In this document: piece after piece, positions 37,951 to 51,110 of the stretch
How positions within the stretch are numbered: position 1 is the first letter of the stretch
Layout: each line of letters begins with the position of its first letter
From: Somniosus microcephalus
Lineage: Eukaryota
NCBI GenBank assembly: GCA_052327205.1
Contig: CM126207.1
Span: forward strand, 258,106,001-258,170,000
Direction: 5' to 3'
Length of the DNA: 64,000 bases
Notes under the pieces: model-generated
Told to the model about the DNA's origin: nothing
The model's database searches: none
Seen by the model: only the letters and a program-made list of their open reading frames with translations
Made by a program: the position numbers and the translations under genes

Positions 37951-38994
37951 CTTACTCCCCACCCCCAGCCACCAATAGATCCAGTGACCTTCTCCTTACG
38001 GAGCCGAGAAAAGCGTGGCCCACAGTACACGCCACAACGGTTGGGTACTGCACATACGCGGCTTCGGTAAACAGCGCAGATGCTCAGAGGGGGATTGAGT
38101 GCGCGCGCGCGGGGCCGGGAAGCCGCACGCATGCGCAGAAGGTTTCAAAGATGTTCGTACAGATACTCACTCCGGAGTAATATTGGGCGGGGTGTAAACC
38201 CAACGATCTTCCTGATCCCGGCCATTTTCTGATGGACGGATTAGGTTAAAATTGGCCTCGATAAGTCTAAGCACTGTACCCTGCATCACTACACAAGTTG
38301 GCACAGGCACCAGATCAGATATAAAAGCACCCCTGGTGCCTGGCATTGCAAAGGGCCTTGGGGAGCAGAATTTAATAGACGGGTTTCTGTGCTTCAATTG
38401 ATGATCCTTTCAAAAGACGGGCCACATTTTAAACTTCTTAATGGTCTTTGGATGGACCATCAGTCCACTGGTGGTGCAGCAAGATGCTGCGGCAGGTGTT
38501 CCAGATTGACCATAAACGGTGTGGACCCCCACCTGAAACATTTAATGACCCCAGAAAGTGGGACAGGGTCAGGAGCTCAACTGGTGGGTGGGCCGAAGTC
38601 CAGTCTTACCATACCTATGGTGGAAAAGCAGGAGCAGTAGACATTCAAGGTCTAATTCCTTGACTATACAAAAGCATTCATTCTTAATATGTTACTAGAT
38701 TGGCCATTTTGTAAAATGAAAAGTCTTTCTTACGACTACAATTTCTACACATTAAGCTGCATGTGTGGTACTACTCCAATAGAATGTCCAAACACGGTGG
38801 CCAGTAATCTAGGCAGGATATTATCATCTTTTTTGTTTTCTACATATTTTGCGCATTTCTTCATTTCTCTTTTTAGAAACCACCTGCTTCGTTTATCATT
38901 TCCTGAAAGAAAGGGTGGGCTGAGGACCTTTTAACACCCTCTGGTAATGTCCCCACAGAATGTACATGAGAGTAAACCAGGCACGACCTGCACT

Positions 38995-39475
38995 TAAGAA
39001 CATAAGACAGAAATAGGAGCAGGAGGAGGCCATTTGGCCCTTCAAGCCTGCTCCGCCATTCAATAAGATCATGGCTGATCTTCTACCTCAACTCCACTTT
39101 CCTGCACTATCTCCATACCCCTTGGTTCACTTAATATCCAAAAATCTATCGATCTCTGTCTTGAATATACTCAATGACTGAGCCTCCACAGCCCTCTGGG
39201 GTAGAGAATTCCAAAGATTCCCCACCTTTTGAGTGAAGAAATTTCTCCTCATCTCAGTCCTAAATGGCCGCCCCGTTATTCTGAGACTGTGACCCCTGGT
39301 TCTAGACTCCCCAGCCAGGGGAAACATCCTCCCTGCATCTACCCTGTCAAGTCTTGTAAGAATTTTATATGTTTCAATGAGATCACCTCTCATTCTTCTA
39401 AACTCTAGGGAATATAGGCCTAGTCTACTCAATCTCTCCATCCCAGGAATCAGTCTGGTGAACCTTCATTGCACT
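38995..39475 (-). mobile_element. CR1 LINE 3' fragment
   Basis: ORF 39127-39441 and tail. Confidence 0.92.
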
Positions 39476-39600
39476 TCCCACATTACAGCAGTGACTCCAC
39501 TCCACTTCAGTGACTCCATTGGCTGTAAATGGCTTTGAGACATCTGGTGGTCGTGAAAGGTGCTATAGAAATGCAAGTCTTTCTTTCTTTCCTCTTCTCA

Positions 39601-39998
39601 GGTGTCAGCTCTGGCTCAGTGGTAGCACAGTCACCTGAGTCAGAAAGTCATGGGTTCAAGTCTCACTCCAGAGACTTGAGTGCAGTGCTGAGGGAGTGCT
39701 GCACTGTCAGAGGTGCCGTCTTTCAGATGAGACCTTACACCGAGGCCCCGTCAGCTCTCTCAGATGGATGTAAAATATCCCATGGCACTATTCGAAGAAA
39801 AGCAGTGGAGTTCGCCCAGTGGCCTGACCAATATTTATCCCTCAACCAACATTGCAAAAAAGAACAGATTATCTGGTCATTATCACATTGCTGTTTGTGG
39901 GAGCTTCCTGTGCACGAATTGTCTGCCATATATCCTACATTACAACAGTGACTACACTTCAAAATGTACTTGATTGGCTGTAAAGTCTTTGGGTTGTC
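39601..39998 (+). mobile_element. DeuSINE (SacSINE1/AmnSINE1-like)
   Basis: tRNA-like head GGCTCAGTGGTAGC...GGTTCAAGTC. Deu-type body CAGATTATCTGGTCATTATCACATTGCTGTTTGTGGG. Confidence 0.8.
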
Positions 39999-42161
39999 CT
40001 TCCTGCCTTTCCCTTCCTTTCCCTTTCTTTCTTTTCACTTTTTAGATTACTTCAGCTATTGATTCTATCCAGCAAATCAGGATCCTATGGTGCCATTAGG
40101 ATCCCAATGGCATTATAACTGCTGACTGAGCAGGGTGCCCGCCACAGCCACTCCGCTCACTGAAACCTGGTCTACAGGAAGCTGAGGCCCTATAAGGTAA
40201 GTGTGAAACTTTCCTCTGTGGAACCAGGAGGGCAGGAGGGCTTCCTCTGGGCTCCACAAGGTAAGTCTGGACCTCTGCTGCCCCGGGCTACCCCATTTCC
40301 CACACATGAGACCCTGCCGAAAACCGAGTGTTGGTGGGCGGCTTCCGGGCTGCCTGATCTTCACCTGCCAACAGCTGGCCAACTGCCTCTTTCTACCCGT
40401 TTCAGGTGGGCAGCTGGCCTGCGGAATGCATATGATGCCTGGGAGTTAAAATAGCTTAAGTCTCAAATTGATAATATGGGGGCGGGGGGGGGTTTCAAGT
40501 TCCCCTGCCTCCCGCCTGCCTAACAGCCACTCCCAGTTAAAATCTCCCCAATGTTTCATCCAGGGAACATACTACAGTAGATATTTCTGAGGATTGCCCA
40601 TAGTTATACAGTTCTGTACATTTGGATGAGAGGTGCTCTTTAACAGGGCTAGGCTCATCCATTGTCAAGGCTTGCAGAGGCCTTGAGCAAAAGGGGACGG
40701 AATGCTGAAATAGGTACAATCCTGTTCTAGCCAGCAATGGAAATTGTCTGGTTTATGTTGGTCTCTGTCGAGGTTCCAATCAAACAACCCCTCTTCAAAG
40801 GTTTCAGATCAAACACATTAATGTAAAAAAGGCAAATGACTATGTCCTTCTGAAACAGTAACGGCAGCTAAGCAGAATTTGAATAACTGTCAATATATTC
40901 AATTTGCATGTCTAAAAAATGTATGTCTGAAAAATATTCACACAGAATGTTCATATTTGAATTGAATGACTTGTTCCTTCCTCAAGGCAAACTGCTCAGT
41001 GTCAAACTGCGAAATAATTGCAACATTGCACTGAGTCAAGCTGGGGCATTATTTCAGCGAGTGAAGCTGTTTTTTTACTCTTTAGGTACCGTGACAGAAT
41101 TAAAGGAGTCAAATTCAAACTCAAACTTAGACAGAAATGTTTCATTATTTTCACAGGGGGTCTTCATTTGATGCCCTCCCCTCAGTGGCAGGGCTGAGAT
41201 TGTTAGCTGACTGTGTGGAGAATTTCAGGTGTAAGTGTTTTAACATGCCACTCCATGGCACCACCTTCCTTGCCACCATGCCTCCCTCTCTATTACTATT
41301 TTGTACAGCTGAGCATGCTTGACATATAGGGGGCATTAGAAACATAGAAACATAGAAGATAGGAGCAAGAGTAGGCCATTTGGCCCCTCGAGCCTGCTCC
41401 GCCATTCAATGAGATCATGGCTGATCATCCAATTTCAGTACCCTGTCCCTGCCTTCTCCCCATATCCCTTGATCCCTTTAGCCTTAAGAAATATATCCAA
41501 TTCCTTCTTGAATATATTTAATGAATTGGCCTCCAGTGCCTTCTGTGGTAGAGAATGTCACAGGTTCACCACTCTCTGGGTGAAGAAATTCCTCCTCATC
41601 TCTGTCCTAAATGGCTTACTCCTTATCCTTAGACTGTGACCCCTGGTTCTGGACTCCCCGGCCATCGGGAACATCCTTCCTGCATCCAGTCTGTCCAGTC
41701 CTGTTAGAATTTTATAAGTTTCAATGAGATCCCCTCTCATTCTTCTAAACTCCAGTGAGTATAAGCCCAATCGACCCAATCTCTCCTCATACATTATTCC
41801 TGCCATCCCAGGTACCAGTCTGGTGAACCTTCGCTGCACTCCCTCCATGGCAAGAACATCCTTCCTCAGATAAGGCGACCAAAACTGCACACAATACTCA
41901 AGGTGTGGTCTCACCAAGGCCCTGTACAACTGCAGCAAGACATCCTTGTTCTTGTACTCGAACCCTCTCGCTATGAAGGCCAACATACCATTTGCCTTCT
42001 TAACCGCCTACTGCACCTGCATGCTTACCTTCAGCGACTGGTGCACAAGGACACCCAGGCCTCGTTGCACTTCCCCTTCTCCCAATCTATTGCCGTTCAG
42101 ATAATAATCTGCCTTCCTGTTTTTGCCACCAAAGTGGATAACCTCGCATTTATCCACATTA

Positions 42162-43155
42162 CTAGCTGGAGTGCCCGGTGGTGCCGAGGGTTTTTTGAGG
42201 GCATGTTGTTATGAAAAAAGTAGAAATAATTTTTATATATATAAATGAGTNNNNNNNNNNNNNNNNNNNNNNNNNNNNNNNNNNNNNNNNNNNNNNNNNN
42301 NNNNNNNNNNNNNNNNNNNNNNNNNNNNNNNNNNNNNNNNNNNNNNNNNNNNNNNNNNNNNNNNNNNNNNNNNNNNNNNNNNNNNNNNNNNNNNNNNNNN
42401 NNNNNNNNNNNNNNNGAGAGACGGGGTGGAGAGAGAGACTGGGGGGGAGAGAGGGACTGGGGGGAACAGAGAGAGAGAGAGACTGGGGGGAGAGAGAGAC
42501 TGGGGGGAAGAGAGAGATAGAGAGACTGGGGGGAAGAGAGAGAGAGAGACTGGGGGGAAGGAGCGCCTCAGGCCCGGCCGGATGGACCCCTGCCGCTCCG
42601 GTGAACCGGAGCCCCCGCGCGCAGCGTATCATCTCAGGCTCGGCCCGAGTGAGCCCTGATGAGCTCCCGCTGCGGGCCTCTGATGCTGCTCCGCTGCTGG
42701 ATTTATTTCGGTCGATGTTTTTCTGGCTGTTGTATGGTCGCAGTTTATCAGTTTATCGCCGCGTGGTTGTCTGTGGTTTTTCGCGCTCCCGCACTAACGG
42801 CAGTTTGAAAGATTAGGCCCCGCCCACACATGCCATGAAACGCCCCCGTGATGCAGCGCGCTCCCCCATAGGATTGTTAACCTTCACATCACTCAATGCT
42901 AATGAGCGGATTCCCCCGTATGATTGGCCAACCGCTAATGAGCAGATTTTTGAACGTTTTTTGTATACTGTCTGAACAACTTTTGTCTGACCAAAAAGTA
43001 AATATACCTATGACACTCCCCTAATCATAAGCTTTCTTTTGATATAACATATGTGTAGGTACGCTCTATAACTTTTGAGCTAAGTCCGGACATACACACA
43101 GACAGACAGACAGACACCACGATCCTTTTACATATATATAAATAATAATAATAGA
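42162..43155 (-). mobile_element. Non-autonomous Helitron
   Basis: Minus strand begins TCTATTATT...(TGTC)n and ends with a GC hairpin then CAGCTAG. Inserted between A and T with no TSD. Confidence 0.85.
42251..42415. other. Assembly gap (165 N) next to a GA-rich minisatellite (42416-42560)
   Basis: N run. Confidence 1.
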
Positions 43156-44532
43156 TACTGCATCTGCCATGCTTCTGCCCAATCACCCAACTTGTCCAAA
43201 TCATACTGGAGTTTCTCAGCATCCTCCTCACAGCACACACGCCCACCCAGCTTTGTGTCGTCTGCAAAATTGGAGATATTACATCTAGTTCCCTCGTCTA
43301 GATCATTTATATATATTGTGAATAGCTGAGGTCCTAGGACCGATCCCTGCGGTACCCCACTAGTCACTGCCTGCCACTCGGAAAAAGAGCCGTTTATTCC
43401 ATTCATGGGGCAGAGGAAACTTAGCTTGCTGCTTATTGTAAATGGTTAATTGCACCAGTGTGTTAAAAACATGATTGCATTTTGCTGAGTTATTTCACAA
43501 CAGTTTGACTCTGCTGCTGGTAGGGTTACAAGGTCAGGGGTGAGAGCCGCAGAACAGCTGCAAATCTGAGATGCGGAGGCATGTACTTTCAACTCATGAC
43601 AGTTGCAGATCTATTTATTTGCCAGCATTTACGCCTCGCATTTTGATATGAATTGGCTGCCGATTCCACTTTGGATAAAAATTTGCAACTGCCGTATGAA
43701 TGAGGCAAGTATCTAACAATGGCTGCGAACATCATAGCTCACTTGGCTCGAGTGAGGCACCAGATTTCCTGTTTCTAATCTGTAGTGAGCAATCAGTGCT
43801 GAAGCTCTTATTAAATGGTTCTATCGTTTTTGTAAGCCCATTTGAAAGCAAATCAAATATTGCTCCCAAAATCTGACAGAAACCCACATACGCACCACTT
43901 TTTAAAAAATTTAATTGTTCACATTTGGATTTTACCCAGATGGAAACTCTTATTGGCCAAGGGAACAAATGGCAAAAATGTGAACAATTAGACATACCGG
44001 TTTATTTTTAGAGCATCATAATGTGATAATTAAGGCCAATAGATTAAGAGAAATTCTGTTAAACCGCCAGTTCAGTCTTAATTTAAATGAAAGCAATTGG
44101 CCACTGATGAAAATATATGAACTCATTTGTTATCCAGAACTGTTTCTCAGTATATATAAAGCTTTTTATTGACAGCAATGGGAGCCATTTGCACTGTCAT
44201 TTCATCCTATACACTGATTTTGATCATTTCAAAGCCATGGCTTCTTTGAGACCAACCATGTTAAATTTGGTAATATATTTATAGGAAAATGACTGGAGGA
44301 CATCCATGGATTCTGCGGAACCAAACTGATGGTGCTCGGATGTCATTTTCTAAATTGAGAAATCCAGGTGGACTTCCAAGACCCATAACCATCAAAGGTA
44401 AAGTCAGTAGAATAGAAGACAGTGTAGATCAGAAGTAGTTAGCTGATGCCAAGCTTTGGGTTTGATGAACCTGTAGAATTTAATCAGTAGAGAAGACTGA
44501 TGGAAGTGAAGAGGTCCACTCTTTGGGAGAGA

Positions 44533-44745
44533 AGCAGAAAATGCTGGAGACACTCAAGCATCAGTGGAGAGTGGAATGTAGGGTTAACATTTCAGGCCTG
44601 TGAGCCTTCGTCAGAACCCTGATGAAGGGTCATAGAACTGAAATGTTTACCCTACCATCCTCTCTTTACAGAAGCTGCCTGACCTGCTGAATGTCTCCAG
44701 TATTTCTTGTTCTTATTTCAGATTTCTAGTATCTGTGCCTTTTTG
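44533..44745. mobile_element. Penelope pLTR-derived fold-back with two opposed hammerhead-like cores
   Basis: 44533-44616 is roughly the reverse complement of 44618-44712. CTGATGA...GAAA at 44619-44643. Confidence 0.65.
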
Positions 44746-44779
44746 CCCACTGTTTGGAATTCCTGGGAAACAACGAGTT

Positions 44780-45253
44780 AAGAAGAGCATAAGAAGTAAG
44801 AGCAGGAGTAAGCCATGCAGCCCCTCAAGCCTGCTCTGCCATTCAATAAGATCATGGCTGATCATCGACCTCAACTCCACTTTCCCGCCCGAGCTCCATA
44901 TCCCTTGATTCCCCTAGACTCCAAATATCTATCTATCTCAGCCTTGAATATACTCAAAGACTCAGCATTCACAGCCCTCTGGGGCAGAGAATTCCAAAGA
45001 TTCACAACCCTCTGAGTGAAGAAATTCCTGCTCATCTCAGTCTTAAATGGCTTACCCCTTATCCTGAGATTATGCCCCCTAGTTCTAGACACTCTAGCCA
45101 GGGGAAACAACCTCTCAGCATCTACCCTGTCAATCCCCTTCAGAATCTTGTATGTTTCAATGAGATCACCTCTCATTCTTCTAAACTCCAGAGAGTATAG
45201 GCCCATTCTACTCAATCTCTCCTCATAGGACAGCCCTCTCATCCCAGGAATCA
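44780..45253 (-). mobile_element. CR1 LINE 3' fragment
   Basis: ORF 44871-45254. Very similar to 16262-16735. Confidence 0.92.
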
Positions 45254-45339
45254 ATTAGAGTTAAAGTAGAAATCTGTGCAATGGCTTTGATTTTGATGCA
45301 GGGAGGAGGAAGGGCATGTAAAAATGAAGCTCTAAATAA

Positions 45340-45590
45340 AGAAAGAAGAAAGAAAGACTTGCATTTATATAGCACCTTTCACGACCACTGGACATCCCAA
45401 AGCACTTTACAGCCAATGAAATACTTTTTGAAATGTAGTCACTGTTGTAATTTAGGAAACGCGGCAGCCAATTTGTGCACAGCAAGCTCCCACAAACAGC
45501 AATGTGATAATGACCAGATAATCTGTTTTTTAGTGATGTTGGTTGAGGGATAAGTATTGGCCTGGACACCGGGGAGAACTCCCCTGCTCT
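45340..45590 (-). mobile_element. DeuSINE 3' half. The 5' half is at 47659-47813, separated by a CR1 insertion
   Basis: Reverse complement of the 49443-49856 body. The two halves join around GCTCTT|TGAAATAGTGCC. Confidence 0.8.
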
Positions 45591-45608
45591 TAGAGTCATA
45601 GAGTCATA

Positions 45609-46317
45609 GGCCTAGAAATTGGCCTGAGGCGCCCAAGCGGCGCAAAGTTCGCCTGGGCGCTGGAATTTGCGCCGCGATCGCCGCATTAGCGATCGCTGCA
45701 AATTCAGTTGAAGTGCCCCTAGAGGGAGACGGGGCGCGGCTCGAGGCGCTCCGCGTCCCTCTTAGGGCGCTGAAAGTGAATTTCGCAGTGCTACATGCTG
45801 CAGCGCCACACGCTGCGGCACGGCACGTTACGGTACTGCAGGCCTTCCTCCCACTGTTAAGGGGGAGGGGCCTGCAGCAGCGCGAGCCCCGATCGCGAGT
45901 GCCGGCAAAAGAGCCCGGCACCAAGGAGAAGTGCCGGGCTCTCGGGAAACAGCCGGCAATGCCGCGGGGAGGGGACCAGGAGGCCGGGGACGGAGGTGCT
46001 GGCAGGCAGCCGCCAAAAAAGCGGCCGCCCCGCACCTCCACCTTAACTTGCACCTCTGCCAGCGCAGCAAGGCCCCGTGAACCGGGCGCAGGTAGCGAAC
46101 AGCGCTACAGCGGCATTCGCTGCCAAATATCGTGATCAGGGCGCGAATGGGGTGCTGCGCACACCGATGACGTCATCGGTGGCGGCGCAGCGCAAAAGGC
46201 TAACGCCACCATTAGCGCCCCTGCTGAATATCGCGGGAGGCGCAGTCAGTGGCGCTACAGCCACTGACTGCCTCTTTAGGCGCTAACAGGTGGCGCTACT
46301 CACCCAATTTCTCCCCC
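45609..46317. mobile_element. GC-rich MITE, probably PIF/Harbinger-type
   Basis: TIRs GGCCTAGAAATTGG / CCAATTTCTCCCCC, 3-bp TSD ATA within the CR1 tail. Confidence 0.85.
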
Positions 46318-46504
46318 ATAGAGTTATACAGCACAGAAAGAGGCCCTTCGGCCCATCGCGTCCGTGCCGGCCATCAAGCCCTATCTAATCTAATCCCATT
46401 TTCCAGCATTTGGTCCATAGCCTTGTATGCTATGGCATTTCAAGTGCTCATCCAAATGCTTCTTGAATGTTGTGAGGGTTCCTGCCTCTACCACCCTTTC
46501 AGGC

Positions 46505-46943
46505 CCAAGAGAAGACAGGATATGCTCTCACTGCAGTCAGGGAGTAGTGGAGACAGAGATGCACTTCCTCACAGCCTGTGGAAAATATCAGGACATCAGG
46601 GAGAATTTCTACCAAAAATTCTCACAAATATGCCCTGAATTCAGAAATCTGAATGACAACCAAAAACTTCCATTCCTACTGGGAGAAGAGAGAAGCTGTG
46701 TAACACTGGCGGCACACTATGTTACAGCTTGCCATGAACAGAGGGACAACCAGTAAACTAAGAAATGAATATATATAAACAATGCGAATGTATATTTATA
46801 CACTCAGGGATATACCTGTTTATACACTGTATGAATAGAACTGCGTTTATGTGCTCAACCATAAATGTATTTTGATGCTTTGGCAACATAAGATGTAACT
46901 TATCATGCCAATAAAGCGATTTGAATTGTGAATTGTGAATTGA
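46505..46943 (+). mobile_element. 3' end of a different LINE (RTE-X-like) with CCHC-type zinc finger
   Basis: PREDRICSHC...ETEMHFLTAC..Y..IR, then AATAAA and a (TGAATTG)n tail. Clade assignment is from recall only. Confidence 0.65.
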
Positions 46944-47984
46944 GTTCCAGATTCCAACCACCCACTGGGTGAAAAAGTTTTTCCTCAAATCCCCTCTAAA
47001 CCTCCTGCCCCTTACCTTGAATCTATGACCCCTTGTTATTGACCCCTCTACTAAGGGGAAAAGTTCCTTTCTATCCACCCTATCTATGCCCCTCATCATT
47101 TTGTATACCTCAATCAGGTCCCCCCTCAGCCTTCTCTGCTCCAAGGAAAACAACCCCAGCCTGTCCAGTCTTTCTTCATAGCTGAAGCGCTCCAGCCCAG
47201 GTAACATCCTGGTAAATCTCCTCTGAATCCTCTCCAAAGCAATCACATCCTTCCTATAGTGTGGCGACCAGAACTGCACACAGTACTCCAGCTGTGGCCT
47301 TACCAGCATTTTGTACAGCTCCATCATAACCTCCCTGCTCTTATATTCTATGCCTCGGCTAATGAAGGCAAGTATCCCATATGCCTTTTTAACCACCTTA
47401 TCCACCTGTTGTGCTGCCTTCAGGGATCTATGTACATGCACACCAAGGTCCCTCTGATCCTCTGTCTTTCCTAGGGTCTTACCATTCATTGTGTATTCCC
47501 TTGCCTTGTTAGTCCATCCAAAATGTATCACCTCACACTTTTCAGGGTTAAATTCCATTTGCCACTGTTCCGCCCATCTGACCAACCCATCTATATCGTC
47601 CTGTAGCCTGAGGCTTCCCGCCTCGCTATTTACCACCCCACCAATTTTCGTGTCATCTTTGAAATAGTGCCATGGGACCTTTTACGTCCACCTGAGAGGG
47701 CAAACAGGGCCTCGGCTTAATGCCTCATCCAAAAGACGGCACCTCCGACAGTGCAGCACTCGCTCAGTACTGCACTGGAGCGTCAGCCTAGATTTTTGTG
47801 CTCAAGTCCCTGGAGAGAAATCCAGATTTTTATGATCACTATTGTCAATAGAGTCCGGACCAGCGCTGATTCAGGGATGCATTACCTTGACACCTATTCA
47901 TCACTACAATCACTTTGTAGTACCCCTCTCAATTGTCCTGATTTAATCAGGACGTCCCGAATTTGCAGCTGAATTATAATCTTG

Positions 47985-48988
47985 GGGGGAGAAATTCGGT
48001 ATTGCCCCATTTGGGGCGCAATTATCGGCCGTGCGCAAAGATTAGTGCCTGCTGCTAATTATCGCCTCCGACTGCAAGCTTGGCTTTTATCATCCCTGGA
48101 GGTGATTGGAGCGCTAAATCAGGTGCTTCACATCTGTCTTAAGGCGCAAAGGCCGAGGAGCGAGGCGCTAACTCACAGCGCTGGCGAAGCTCATGTGATG
48201 TCAGTCAGCAATGGAACACAGGCACAATGGCACCGGCCAGTTCTTAAAGGGGAGTTCTGATGAATGGTCATCGACCTGAAATGTTAACTCTGTTTCTCTC
48301 TTCACAGATGCTGCTTGACCTGCTGTGTTTCTCCAGCATTTTCTGTTTTTATCTTAAAGGGGAGGGTTTATCATGGTCTCCATCCACATCCTGTTCATTG
48401 CAGCATTGAGTCTCGGCCTGGAGAGACCTGTACATCAAATCTGCTGGAAAGAACAATGGAGAGGCCCAGGGAAAGAGCTCAGAGTGCAGCCCCCACAGTC
48501 TCTTCTAAATAGATACAAGGAAGGGCAAATCAAAATGAACCTGCAAGGTGCTGCTCAGTACGCAAAACTCCTTCACATGGTGTAGAATCTCTCCAGAAGT
48601 CTCTCTCTCTCTCTCTCAGAATGCGTGGTGCAAAAATGTCACCAACAAAAAAAGGCAGGAAGCGGTCGCCTTTAAATAGCGCTCCCCCAGTCCCTTCCCG
48701 ACTGCAAAACGTTCCCCTCAACCTGTCCTTACTAGCGGCAGGCGTTAAGGCAGGAGGCGCCACACAATTTCCAGTCCAGGGCGCTACCAGGGCGTTGCGC
48801 ACTTGACTGACGTCACGATCTGCCGGCGCAGGAGATCGTGGCGGTAGTGTTTAGCGCCGCTGCAAAATGTCCGGTCAATTTTGCGAGAGGCGCAGATATC
48901 GCCGCGCCCGGGCGCTAGTTGGTTTGCGCCCCACTTAGTGCCCTCTTAAGGCGCTAATGGGTGGCGCTACCAACTGAATTTTTGCCCC
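47985..48988. mobile_element. MITE (GGGGGAGAAATTC TIR family) containing a mini Penelope insert
   Basis: GGGGGAGAAATTC / GAATTTTTGCCCC ends with flanking CTT(G). Confidence 0.7.
48255..48351 (+). mobile_element. Mini Penelope pLTR fragment with hammerhead core
   Basis: 13-bp TSD TCTTAAAGGGGAG (48242-48254, 48352-48364). CTGATGA-GGTC ATC GACC-TGAAA. Confidence 0.8.
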
Positions 48989-49442
48989 CTTGTTCTTTTA
49001 TCTTGACTTTAGGTCAAGGTCAGTTTCAGAGTAGCATTCCTAAATTTTAAAAATATTCCTACCGCGAAGACTTCTCTCTGGAGTTGCAGGTTTTGGGGAT
49101 ATAATAAGCCTGGTATAAACTTAATTTGTTTTATTAGTCAACAGGGTTAGCAGTTTATTTTAATTTAGTAGTGCGTGATTTAAAGTTTATTTATATACAT
49201 ATTTGTCCAGGAAGGCTGAAGATGGAACATGACGAGAATGTGGACAGTAGCGAGCAGGTTAGGCTGCAACTCCATCAGGATTGATCGGAATTTGTAGAGT
49301 ATGTGCGGGGTGAGGTAAGTTCAGTGCAGGATTATGAACTGGTGCTCTCTGCTGTAGAGATCACTGCAGTTCTCCTCCCTGCCCTCCTCTAGTCCTTTCT
49401 TGTTAATGTGTTGCCTAGATATTTCTTCCTAGGGCTATCCCA

Positions 49443-49856
49443 GTGTCAGCTGTGGCTCAGTTAGTAGCACACTTGCTTCTGAGTCAGCTAGGCTGACACT
49501 CCCAGTGCAGTGCTGAGGGAGTGCTGCACTGTCGGAGGTGCTGTCTTTCAGATGAGATGTTAAACCGAGGCCCCCGTCTGCTCTCTCAGGCGGATGTAAA
49601 AGATCCCGTGGCACTATTTCAAAGAGCAGGGGAGTTATCCCCGGTGTCCTGGCCAATATTTATCCCTCACCAACATAACAAAAACAGATTATCTGGTCAT
49701 TACCACATTGCTGTTTGTGGGACCTTGCTGTGTGCAAATTGGCTGCTGCATTTCCCACATTACAACAGTGACTCCACTTCAAAAGTACTTCATTGGCTGT
49801 AAAGCGCTTTGAGACTTCCGGTGGTCGTGAAAGGCGCTATATAAATGCAAGTCTTT
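49443..49856 (+). mobile_element. DeuSINE (SacSINE1/AmnSINE1-like)
   Basis: Same body as 39601. Tail AAAGGCGCTATATAAATGCAAGTCTTT. Confidence 0.82.
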
Positions 49857-51110
49857 ATGCAGAGTCTCTGTGCTACCTGTTGTCATGCAGGAGAGCGTGA
49901 AGTAGCAAGAGGAGATGTGATAGAATTTGCTTGCACTGTATTTTGGGACGATGCCGTAGGGAACTGGTGGTAGTTTTGTTGTTGGATAAGTTTTTAGAAG
50001 GCCCTTATTTGGCCTTTGTGGAGCAGCATGCTATTTTTGTAATGTCCTTTTTGTGCCTTGCTTTGAAGCCACTCACAGCAATTACCCCTGGGAGATTATT
50101 ACTGTACCGTAGCAGGAGACCGCTGGCAGGCCCAAAGGTATTTTTGATGTGATGCAGACTTCTCTCCGAGCAACCAGAGTTAGTAGCTTGTTTTGGAGTT
50201 CCTTCGGGTCTTTTTTGGGGGACTGTGAAGGGACAGTTGTTTAAAGTGCAATCAATATGACATGCTTCTAGTCAGAGGTTTTATAAGGAGACTCTGTTCT
50301 GTTCTGAGCAATACTCCCTGGAGTTGCATTAACAATATTTGAAGTGAGGGAAACTTAACTGCCTTCCTGATTGCTGAGTTGAAGCCACCACAATCATATT
50401 CTTGGCTGTCTCCCTGGAGATGTACCTGTTAAGTTTTCAGAACTGGCTTTTCTGGATTCAGATGCATGGCATCTGGAAGAGATGGGGGAGGAGAACAATC
50501 ATTTTACAGTACTAACACTCCCATAGCAGAGACATGAGTAAGTTATTCCACCTGTTCAGGTCAACATATATGCTGAAGAGGAAGGGGGACAATTTTTTCT
50601 TGTAATACTCTGAAGGCTTTGACCATCGGTGATATGCCTAGTTACATACAGTTAATTACCATCCATGCAAAGGGTAGACCTCTTTTCAGATGCCCTGGAA
50701 AAGAGCCATGGTCTCCATTTTGGTGAGGTTGAGCTTGTGACCCAAAAGTAGGCCAAATTCCCATATCATTTGCAACATGCTAAGGAGAGACATGGTGAAT
50801 TTAATGACATGGCGGAGGATATCAGCTGTATAGTAGGGTTATATTGTGAGATCCACGCCTCCAGTGTGCACAATACAAATGGATGGGTTCACTCTTATGG
50901 TGTTTGCTGGGAATTCAGTAGCCAGAGCGAACAAAAGGGAGGGTTAAGGGGTGTCCTTACCGAGCCCCTTGCTGGAGGAGAAATGTGGTCAGTTGTAGCC
51001 ATTAATATTAACTCAAAATCAGGAGTAGACAAAGAGGATTCTAACTCATAAGCTTTGTTATTTTTTTTAACAAAAGGGACTGCTTACTAACACAAAAACT
51101 TGATGGTTGC

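Larger units (their letters stand above)
36401..38259. mobile_element. Possible MITE or nest of MITE pieces enclosing two minisatellites
   Basis: Imperfect TIRs GGGGCAATGTTAACC / GGTTAAAATTGGCCTC. TSD unclear. Confidence 0.35.
41336..43402 (-). mobile_element. CR1 3' fragment interrupted by a Helitron
   Basis: ORF 41558-41986 and RT motifs [10 protein letters not shown] and FADDTK at 43160-43400. Joins cleanly as CACATTA|TACTGC. Confidence 0.9.
45591..47658 (-). mobile_element. CR1 3' fragment of the same family as the full-length copy, carrying a MITE and a LINE tail inside it
   Basis: ORF 46758-47636 is nearly identical to the C-terminal third of ORF2 52561-55431. (GAGTCATA)n tail. Confidence 0.92.

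Noticed and set aside
36787-37962. Repetitive G/E/R-rich ORFs
   Set aside because: Translations of minisatellites, open in several frames at once.
45604-46286. GC-rich ORFs and CpG-island-like blocks (also 11091-11460, 20544-21293)
   Set aside because: Interiors of one multicopy MITE family. No transposase motifs.
49860-51050. Possible very old LINE remnant
   Set aside because: Too degenerate to support a family call or boundaries by eye.
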